DNA of 64,000 nucleotides, from contig NC_134036.1 in assembly GCF_964204645.1 (NCBI RefSeq), positions 62,001 to 126,000 of the forward strand. The letters run 5' to 3'. This DNA comes from Tubulanus polymorphus. Its lineage: Eukaryota; Animalia; Nemertea. The position numbers and the translations under genes are program-made. How positions within the stretch are numbered: the first letter of the stretch is position 1; every line of letters starts with the position of its first letter. Shown piece after piece: positions 54,309 to 64,000 of this stretch. The notes under the pieces were generated by a model. The model was given only the letters and a program-made list of their open reading frames with translations. It was not told the origin of the DNA and did no database searches.

Positions 54309-56725
54309 TATTTAACTCTGATGCATGATACATTTTTCAATGAAATTAATAAATAAATGTATCTATCAATTATTCACCAATTTTGTGGTGGTTGTTACTG
54401 ATTTTCTGTTCTAGTTTCAGTGGAATCTCGTTGATATGAATCTTGTGGGATGCAATTGTTATATTAAACTGGTTTCGCCTTTATACAGATTTGTCGTATT
54501 AACGAGGTTCAACTGAAGTTTTTCCAGTTTTTGGCGCAGGAAGGGTTCAATTTTAACCCTGACCAAGAAAGGTCGACATAAATAGGATGTTTAATGATTT
54601 GCGTACTGCAACTTTGATGGTAGTGTTGGTTGAATGCTCAATTTTGGAAAATAAAATTTAATTTGATTGAAATTCTTCCTGTGGCATGTGAGTCTATCGC
54701 TTTTTTACCGGATGATAATACAATCCGCTGACAAAAGAGTTCTATAAAAATGGCTTAAAAATCGTTTTAAAAAGAAGATCCTCTTAGATGAAGCTAACAA
54801 GTTAAAAGAATTAACAATATACAATGAAATCGTGCCAAATAATGAACGAAATTCGACTGAAAAAAATTCTGTATTACTCGCGCGTGAATCGGTGTGAACC
54901 GTACAGTGCTGCCCCTACGAATAACGATAGCGGAATTTCTGTGAACTAAAATACTGGCGGATATTTACCGCATATATACATCTCATTATTACGTACAATA
55001 CGGACCATTGTGTCGTCTAATTCTGATTAATTATGAAATTGTGGATACTTTCTAATTTTTGAATGATATTTCCTTATTTTTTTAGTGACGATATTCCTTT
55101 TTTTTTCTAAAAATAACTTACTTATCAATTAATTATTATTTATACAGAATGAATTATTCATTTACATTTTTGAATTTATCCTGAATTTGACATACTTCCA
55201 TATTTTTCCTTCGATATATTTCAATTGCGTGAAAAGGGAACATACAAACAAAAAATCATTGATAATCATTGATAAGTTTGAAAATCATTTTGTAGATAAG
55301 ACCCTCTTCTATATAGCTTAAAAGTTAATAGAATTATTGATATACAACGAAATCGTGTTAAATAATGAACGAAATTCGCCAAAGAGAAATATCTGTATTA
55401 CTCGCATGCCACAGTAAGATAGCGAAGCTAAGTCAAATGTTAACCGTACAGTGCTGCCCCTATGAATTACGATAGCGGAATTACTGTGAACTAAAATAGC
55501 GGTGCATATTTACCGCCGGAATATACATCTCATTATTACATACAATATAGACCAGTGCGTCGCCTAATTCTAACTAAATATGATACTATAAATACGTTCT
55601 GAATTATAGATGATATTTCCTTATTTTTTTAGGAAACGATATTCAATTTTTTAGCTAAAATTCAAATTAGCTTCAATTAATTAGTACTATATACATAATG
55701 AATTATTCATTTACATTTTGAATGATCATTTATCATTTGAATTGACGAACTTTCTATTTTTCCTTCGCGCAAATAATCAGGGAACATTCAAATACCTCTC
55801 GCTCTCTGCCAGACGATACTAGAAATATCCCAATTCAAATTTCCTCTTTTAAGGCTTTTTCTTTGAAAGAAAAAGAGTTTGGTTCAAACGTGTAAAAGCA
55901 GTTTTAAGAGTTTGAGAATTTTTCTCGGAATCCGGCCCGCAAATCGGTAATTAGTTCGTTCACTACGGCCGTTCGAAGACTCCGGCAAGCGAGTATTATA
56001 TTAGTTCACGTTTTCCCCGCTATCTTTATACATAGGGGCAGCACAAGACGGTCGATATGGAAATCGCGCTCTGTGGAGCGCACTCAATTCATTCTTTATT
56101 GACAATGAAACTATTCTCTAAATCATGCAATTGATAAAGACTTTAAAGCCACAATGACTCTAAATGTACGAATTGGTTAAAAAGGTAAGAATTCATGAGA
56201 TGTTTTGCCCTCACAGACACAGCAGGGACCTACATTGTCACTGGAGTAGGCTACAGTACAACTCCAGCGACAATAACCTTTCTGCTTGGCTACAACTCCA
56301 GCGACAATAACCTTTCTGCTTGTTGGCTACCACTTTCAAGTTTCACTTTTTTATTAGGCCGTACTCTAGCCGCGTGCACTGAGCTCAGGCGCAGGCGATA
56401 GTTTCACAAATCTTGATGAGCTGTTGTTACAATTCCTGTTAATTCTTCCTCTTTTCCACATGTTCAGCAGGTTACCGCCACCAGCTGACTGTCGACCAGT
56501 TTCACTGCCGGTTTTCTCCCAGCAGAGGGTGGCTCGTTTTGTGTAAAAACAAGAATCTGTTAATCCACAGTGTCTATAGTTATAGTATGTATCTAATATA
56601 ACATTATTTTATATATATAATAGACACAAGGATTAACAGATTATCGTTTTTCCACTATTTACAACACTCACTGGAGCACCTTTGGTTTTTCCAAGCTTTC
56701 AGATGCCTTCCTGTAATTGTACTTT

Positions 56726-57192
56726 CCTCCCTCAACCTCGCACCCCATCCTCCCTCAACCTCTCACCCCATCCTCCCCAACCTCTCACCCCATCCTCCCT
56801 CAACCTCTCACCCCATCCTCCCCAACCTCTCACCCCATCCTCCCTTAATCTCTCACCCCATCCTCCCCCAACCTCTCAGTCAGTCTCTCTCTTAATGTGA
56901 TTTCAATTTTATATTTCAGGTTTTCCTATCCGGATTGTGGGTCAACTTCATCATGAATACTGGACGTGGTGGACTTCAACTGAAATTCATCAGTTTTACT
57001 TCTTCGGTCAACTTCTTCTGGACTACTAGTGAACTTACCAGACTATACGTGAACTTACCGGACTGCGTGTGAACTATATGTGCACTTACCCAACTACATG
57101 TGAACTATATGTGCACTAACCGGACTAAATGTGAACTAAATGGACTACATGTGAACTAACTGGACTATACGTGAACTTACTGGACTATACGT
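56726..57192. repeat. Two minisatellites: 22/23-bp CCTCTCACCCCATCCTCCC(T)CAA (56726-56877) and ~20-bp GTGAACTTACCGGACTATAC (57030-57192)
   Basis: Direct inspection. Confidence 0.85.
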
Positions 57193-58899
57193 GGATTGAT
57201 ACTCGTAAAAATAATCAGTGGTGGATTCCTGGAGATGTGGAACTCAGTATGTGGAATTGTGGAACTCGGTGGACTATTATTACTGCTAGGGTGAGTAGAA
57301 TTTCAGTCTCAAGTCTCAGAAACAATTATGCAGAGATGCTAGTTTTCCGGAAATATCCGGAATTCCGGAAATTTAGGATCGCCGATGTCAATAAGACCAG
57401 TTCAAATACGGTAGTGGCGGGAAAAAAGATATTCTTCGTCACCCGGATAGCGCGCGGCATAAGAAGGCAGCGAGGGATGTGAAGCACAACGAATGCCTGC
57501 CGTCGTATTTTCAGATGAAAGATGCCGATCGTGATACTGCATCTCCGGCGATGCAAAAACGCAAAATTTTTTCTGGGGGAGAATTTTTCAGACCCCCGTT
57601 CTAAATTCCGGAATTTTGGCACTTTGGCCCAAGCATCTCTGATTATGAGTGAACAGTTACACATCTGTAAACATAGTGTTTACTGCATTTCATAAGAATT
57701 GTCATTGGAGTTATTTGTAGCAGCCTGTAATTGTGTTGCAGGAATTATAATTCATGGTTTAAGTAAGAGCATCAATTTTTACTTAAAAATTAATTGAATA
57801 CTTGGCTCAATTGATGAAAAATTGTACTTTTGGACCAAATTTTATCAAAATTTGTGACGAAAATAAGGGTCAAAACACAAAATCGTGAATATCTAATTTT
57901 AGGGGCCTCAGATCCAAAAACTAACTTCATATTCGTAATCAGCACCGCAAAAAACATGTCTGTACTAAATTTTATTAAAATTGGGCCAAAAAAAAAATTT
58001 TGACTTTGTAGCCCATTTTTAGGGTGCATATTTTGGGCATTAAAACCCTTATTTGCTCATGAAGATGAATTCCGATTTAAAATCTGATTGCATATCCGGA
58101 ATCTACACCTCGGAATACATCTTCCTACCAAGTTTCGAAGGAATCAGAGAAAAAAAATTTTTCGGCGACAAAAAACTCCTGGACTTACACCTTAGATTTT
58201 TGCCGTTTTTGGCCAAAAAATCGAATCTCTTCGATTTTCTTAAAATTTCAATCCTTACTATTGTCAGGGGTGCTGATTCCAAATCTGCAATCAGATTTCG
58301 AATATCTCGAAAACTCTTGGGTCCAAGGCCTTTTGAAAATTTAGGGGTCCCCCCAAAAATTCGAATTTCTCATTTTTGGGACCTCGGATCTGAAAAATTC
58401 TTTCAGATTTGTGATCAGCACCCCAGAATACATGTCTGTACTAAATTTCATCGAAATCGGAGACAAAAAATATTTGACCCCTAACCCTCATTTTGGGGGT
58501 ACCTTAGATTGCCATTTCTCTGATACACCGGTTACTAGACTTAACTCTAACTCTGTATGTTTGATTGATGGCCTTAAATCTATTAAGTTTCATGTATATT
58601 TTTAGGATGTTTGTCATCAATATGGTGGAACTATTGACGTTTGTGTTTGATGATCAGGACTACATCAGATGAACTGGATAAATACGTGTTGGCAGTGTTC
58701 GGACTCAGCGACTGGATAAACAAACAAACGAACAAATATTGCGAGAACTTGACTTCAGTTATAGTGAACTTTATGTCCACGAGGACGAAATAATAACATT
58801 GCTGCTGATGGGATGAATATCTGTTTGAACTAAAAACTGTAAAACTGCTGACAGCATCCTAGATAGAAAACAAGAGGAACATAGAAGTTCAGGTGATAT

Positions 58900-59283
58900 G
58901 CCATCCTATCCTCTCTATCTCTTTCTATCCTCTCTCATCCTCATATCACTCTGTTTCATTCTCATCTCTCACTCTCCCATTCTAATCTCACTCTCCCATT
59001 CTAATCTCACTCTCCCATTCTAATCTCACTCTCCCTCCCATTCTCATCTCACTCTCCCATTCTCATCTCACTCTCCCTCCCATTCTAATCTTATCTCATC
59101 TCATCTCTCACTCTGTTTCATTCTCCTCTCTCCTCCTCTCATTCTCATCTCACTCTCCCATTCTCTCTTTCCTTACTCTGCCATTCCTTACTCTCTCACT
59201 CTCATTTCATTCTCCTCTCTCCTTACTCTCTCATTCTCTCTCCTTACTCTCTCATTCTCTCTCCTTACTCTGTTATTTCTCTC
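58900..59283. repeat. CT-rich low-complexity/minisatellite tract (CTCACTCTCCCATTCTAAT-type units)
   Basis: Polypyrimidine repeats. Confidence 0.85.
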
Positions 59284-59404
59284 CGTCATCTACCGGGTTG
59301 TGATAGGAACTAGTTCCTGTCTCGCCCGGTAGATGGCATTATTTTTTTAATAAAATTTGCTTAAGCAATGGATAAATAGGAGTTCCTCTGTGTGCTGTCA
59401 GTAC

Positions 59405-59469
59405 GTCCCCTATAGCGTAGTTGGTAGGGTGCTGGACTGCTGGCCGAAAGGTTGGTGGTTCAAATCCCA
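59405..59469 (+). pseudogene. Degenerate, 3'-truncated tRNA-derived sequence, most like tRNA-Asn
   Basis: A-box TAGCGTAGTTGG, B-box GGTTCAAATCC, and CCGAAAGGTTGGTGGTTC as in animal tRNA-Asn; anticodon arm and 3' acceptor strand are decayed. Confidence 0.6.
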
Positions 59470-59824
59470 TAATTTTATTTATTGCTTGTTAATAAAATGA
59501 ATTTTTGTTGTTTCAATAAAATGTTGAACTTTACTTTTGCAAACAAGCTGTAAGAAATTCCTACTTTGAATTTGGAATAAATCCTTTGATTTGTACTTTG
59601 CGTTTGTCCTTTCCTTTTTGACTTTGTCCTTTCCTTGAACGTGAGAAGTTGTAAGCGGAAGAGTCCTTTCCGGAGCAGTGTCGAGTATGAAGTTGCGAGG
59701 GGAAGAGTCCTTTCCGGGGCAAAGTGCCCGAGACAAGAGATTTTTAGGGAAGACGAGTATTTTATGTAGATGGACGTTTATTTATTTACGTTACTTTATA
59801 ACATGCGGAAAAACGAAATAATGA

Positions 59825-60608
59825 CGGAGTAGAGTCTGCGTCTCGAGGTTTGAAGATGTTGCCGTAGTCGGAGTAGAGTCTGCGTCTCGAGGTTTGAAGA
59901 TGGTGCCGTAGTCGGAGTAGAGTCTGCGTCTCGAGGTTTGAAGAAGGTGCCGTAGTCGGAGTAGAGTCTGCGTCTCGAGGTTTGAAGATGGTGCCGTAGT
60001 CGGGAGTAGAGTCTGCGTCTCGAGGTTTGAAGATGGTGCCGTAGTCGGAGTAGAGTCTGCGTCTCGAGGTTTGAAGAAGGTGCCGTAGTCGGAGTAGAGT
60101 CTGCGTCTCGAGGTTTGAAGATGTTGCCGTAATCGGAGTAGAGTCTGCGTCTCGAGGTTTGAAGATGTTGCCGTAATCGGAGTAGAGTCTGCGTCTCGAG
60201 GTTTGAAGATGGTGCCGTAGTCGGAGTAGAGTCTGCGTCTCGAGGTTTGAAGATGTTGCTGTAGTCTGAGTAGAGTCTGCGTCTCGAGGTTTGAAGATGG
60301 TTCTGTAGTCGGAGTAGAGTCTGCGTCTCGAGGTTTGAAGATGTTGCTGTGGTCGGAGTAGAGTCTGCGTCTCGAGGTTTGAAGATGGTGCCGTAGTCGG
60401 AGTAGAGTCTGCGTCTCGAGGTTTGAAGATGTTGCTGTAGTCGGAGTAGAGTCTGCGTCTCGAGGTTTGAAGATGTTGCCGTAATCGGAGTAGAGTCTGC
60501 GTCTCGAGGTTTGAAGATGTTGCTGTAGTCGGAGTAGAGTCTGCGTCTCGAGGTTTGAAGATGTTGCTGTAGTCTGAGTAGAGTCTGCGTCTCGAGGTTT
60601 GAAGATGT
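59825..60608. repeat. 44-bp tandem array (CGGAGTAGAGTCTGCGTCTCGAGGTTTGAAGATGTTGCCGTAGT), ~18 copies
   Basis: Period 44; variation concentrated in the last ~14 nt of the unit; one 1-nt insertion near 60002. Confidence 0.97.
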
Positions 60609-62254
60609 AACTTGCCGGCTGAAAAAGAAATCGGGTGAACTGGAAAACGATTCCGGATGGGTGTAGTTTAATATAATTACCTCAATGTAAAGATACCGAA
60701 ACAGCAAAATGTGGGTTGATGCGGTTCCCAATGCAGCACCTGCACCAAACTAGTTCAGGGCGTTGCGACAAACGAGTTGTGTACATGTAGTTGTAGTAGC
60801 GAACTGGTTTCGGTTTAACCCTAAAAAGATACAATATTCATAATGTATAAAATTGCGACTAATATAACCCCGAGGAATTCCAGAAATAAATCCAGAGACA
60901 AAAGCGATTTGAAAACTGAACTAGAATTTGAGATTAAAAAACCAAAAAACGTTGAATTTCAAAACGCAATTTCGATTGAAATTAAGCCGAATTGGGTTCC
61001 ACAATCAAAACGCGATAATTTTCGAAAGATACGATTCTGAGTTTTGAATTCTATATGAAATTTCTAACCTGATCAAAATGTGTGTAACTTGAAATAGAAC
61101 ATCGGAAATCGGCAACATCAGTTTCTCGTCCTCATCAGCAAGTGAGCGGTCATCTGTTGAAATCCGACATCAACATCAGCAGCAACATCAGTAACAGCAG
61201 CAGATCGGGATCTCCTCCGCAATCATCAGCACCAACAGCCGCCAGTCTCATCTTGCGTTCTCAATAGCTAGGCGTCACAAATTCCTTCACGTTCCAGTCT
61301 CTCCTAACATCATCAGCCGCTAATTAGTAGGTTGTTCGCTTGAAGCCACACGTTCTTCACGCCTTGTTGCAGAGTTCTTATAGGTTGACCTTCATCACTG
61401 GACATCGGTTCTCGGACTGGCGTCGAGAGGCTCGAACCGCGCTTCTAATACCTACGTCGACCAATCAGCGACGGTGCATCATCGATGCGACCGGAATGGA
61501 TCAATCAGAAAGCTCGATCGCGCATTCCTGTGACAGACCCGAGTCCGTGACGCTAATCCTCGAGAACCATTCAATTCGTGCCAAACGTTTTCAATGGGGC
61601 TTACAGGTCATCGAGTTTAATTCGACTATTCATAGAGACACATATTGTTAAAGATAGAAATATCGAATGCTACGATTTTAGCCTAAAATTGTATGCTGAA
61701 ATTTTATCTAAACTATCCAACAAACTTTAGTGTGGATTTCCCTTCTATTTACGTCTAGTTTTGAACTATAATTCCGGCTCAATTTTACTATTTTCGAGTT
61801 TTGCTTTAGGATATCGAAGTTTGCTTAAGGGTTTGTGCAGTGACGCGGCACTATTGTGTAGTAGAGCGTATGACAGGTCTCCAGAGAGTTATTCTCTATT
61901 GGATAGAATCGTTTTGAAGCCGAATTTATACACAAGTTCACCAGACATTGCCGCGTGCACATCTACTCTGACTGGAATTTGGTGACGTTAAAAAATCATC
62001 GAAATTTTGTCATCAGTTGAGAAAGACCTGTGATTGATCACCGTCCGCGTTGCATGCAGTCACCACCGAATTCTCGCTTGGATTTCTTCAGTTCGAGGAA
62101 TTAAATAAATATAAAAATTTCCCAAACCCTCACCATTCAACTTAAAATAACAAACTAATATTGTAAAAAAGTCGAAGCCCCTGGTGGAATTACCCGCTGC
62201 CGGGACCGAGATGACGAGATAAATAAATAATTCAGCCAGAAACGACTGAATTAA

Positions 62255-62449
62255 ATAATACTTTACCCCGCCACCGGTGGGATATAGGACTCACGCATTA
62301 GCAACCTCATTCCAGGGAGGACAGTGCTGCGCGTAGCCACCGTCCGCTTACCGGAGCTCATTGCCACATCCTGACCCGCCTCCTCCGAGACTCGAACCTG
62401 GGCCACAGCGGTGACACGCTAGTCGCCTACCGACTAAGCCATCCGGTCC
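62255..62449 (-). mobile_element. tRNA-derived SINE (Asp-like head)
   Basis: Minus strand GGACCGGATGGCTTAGTCGGTAGGCGACTAGCGTGTCACCGCTGTGGCCCAGGTTCGAGTCTCGG: A-box, B-box, GTC in the anticodon-like loop, no acceptor stem; then a GC-rich body and AT-rich tail. Confidence 0.7.
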
Positions 62450-63265
62450 GCCCGATTGTGGCAGGAAAACATTCGAACATATTCGACGGCCATTCACATT
62501 CGGACAAAAGACCATGACGTCACAATGGTCAACGCCGTGACGATATCGACTCTGACTGAAATCGCCAGTTTCTGACCAATCTTAAATTTCGCAGCTACAG
62601 CACCACTGGGGGGGGGGGGGGGGGGATACACAGCACTATAGATTTCTGTGAATTCATTCATTGCTTTTTTGAAAAAAAAAACATATTCCCATCTAGACGA
62701 TAAATATAATTCAAATCTAATTTAAACACGAACCGAAATCATGCGATTTTTAAACAGACTTTCGTATTTCTTATCAAAGGTAAGTCGGGGTTATCTGGGT
62801 TTCCCGATGACCTAATTAGAAACCCGGTAGGGGATTCCGTCACCAGTCAATCTGACTACTATTCACGAGCTTCACGCGATACTTACAGGAGGTTCATGTT
62901 TACAGGTGAGAATACGAATACTTCATCAAACTCTATTTCAAACATTTTAATCATTCAATTTTAAACTCACGTCATTTATTTAGCCATCTGTACACAATAC
63001 CGCGTTCGGGCGAATTGAATACGTGACCGATATCAAAAACTTAACAAACAATTAGAATTTATTCATTTCATCAAAAGTGTCTCACATGGTTATCATTAGT
63101 TTGACCAGAATAAACGATGCATCCTCGTGAAATAGTGACAATATTAATACTATATCTAATATGATATCGACCTACGTTTTGGGTTAACTGACCTACGCGG
63201 GGGGTCGGGGATATGGTGCAATAAATTCTATCTATTTTCAGTGTTTTTTTATCTACAGTTTAAAG

Positions 63266-64000
63266 ATGACTGCCGCACGTTTGTCGTTCGTCGATCAAGG
63301 CTTGAAAACTTTGCCGATAAAAATCATCAAGAAATATTTATCAGTTCTCGAGGAGCTCGATTTAACATCGAACCATATTAAATATCCTTTACATTAAACA
63401 ACTATCTATCGATATTCTATGTGTACCGCTGTATATATTTGTTTAGGGTCACATGATCTTTATAGCGATAAATCATTATCAGTTCACGATTCACGTCAAT
63501 CGTTCGATATATTTAATGCGCATTTCGATATTTCTTTTTTCTGTGATCGGAATTTTACCAGCATTTAAAAAAAAATGATTTCAAAATCAATTTTTCGTCT
63601 TTTTTCCGTTTAACGATATTTTCACAGATTTTCGATTTCTCTACGAATTGCCGAATTTGAACACGTTAATTTTGGACAGAAATGAAATAAATTCACACGT
63701 GAAATTTCCGAAACACACGGGTTTACACACACTGTGGCTGAATCATAACAATATCGAAAATCTCGGTAAGAACCTACTGTATAGTTTTACAAGATCAGCT
63801 TCAATTTTGACTCACCAGGGGGCAGTTCATAAGATCGGCCTATAAGACTATCTTAGTTCTATAGCCAATTAAACACTATTACTACAATTACTATCGCCCC
63901 CTGGTGCAATTGATTATAACTACAGCAGGTTTTCGCTGTTTTAATATTTTAATTAACTCGTCAATTTCAGGTGTATTCATTCAAACGGTTATGAAATCGT
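63266..64000 (+). CDS. LRMDA: Leucine-rich repeat protein, LRMDA (C10orf11)-like, 3' truncated by window end
   Basis: Exons 63266-63381, 63626-63765, 63971-64000+: MTAARLSFVDQGLKTLP...LEELDLTSNHIKDFRFLYELPNLNTLILDRNEI...LHTLWLNHNNIENLGVFIQ; LxxLxLxxN repeats arranged as in LRMDA. First intron is AT-AC. The symbol is tentative. Confidence 0.8.

Larger units (their letters stand above)
44103..56420 (+). repeat. ~6.1-kb tandem segmental duplication (units ~44103-50195 and ~50196-56420), each with two copies of the RCC1L terminal exon pair
   Basis: Offsets 44143->50236 (6093) and 47816->53902 (6086); long colinear near-identity, e.g. 44550-47760 versus 50650-53860. Confidence 0.92.

Noticed and set aside
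44103-56420. Helitron-mediated capture of the RCC1L exons
   Set aside because: No consistent 5'-TC and 3' hairpin-CTRR termini could be placed at the unit boundaries; mechanism left open.
59299-61605. Solo LTR bounded by TGT...ACA
   Set aside because: Only a 3-nt flanking match (GGT), no 4-6 bp target-site duplication, no PBS/PPT or second LTR in the window.

Overview
AT-rich, intron-rich animal genomic DNA (invertebrate bilaterian, probably lophotrochozoan; this is inferred from gene content and many ~75-90 nt introns). Left to right: the 5' end of a minus-strand secreted-protein gene whose third exon runs into a perfect 29-bp tandem array (1-962); ~16 kb of mostly non-coding, repeat-rich DNA; an intronless class A peptide-receptor-like GPCR (17119-18195); three tandem tRNA-Ala genes (AGC, AGC, TGC); a multi-exon ERG/KCNH2-type K+ channel gene (~24088-38910) with no visible PAS/eag exons, two candidate microexons and substitutions at inactivation and drug-binding sites; RCC1L/WBSCR16 (40853-44546), whose last two exons recur in three more intact copies inside a ~6.1-kb higher-order duplication (44.1-56.4 kb); a 44-bp array, tRNA-derived elements, and the start of an LRMDA-like LRR gene with a U12-type AT-AC intron. 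A dispersed short repeat carries a minimal hammerhead ribozyme motif, intact in one ERG intron. Gene models were assembled by eye from splice signals and frame continuity; no database search was run.
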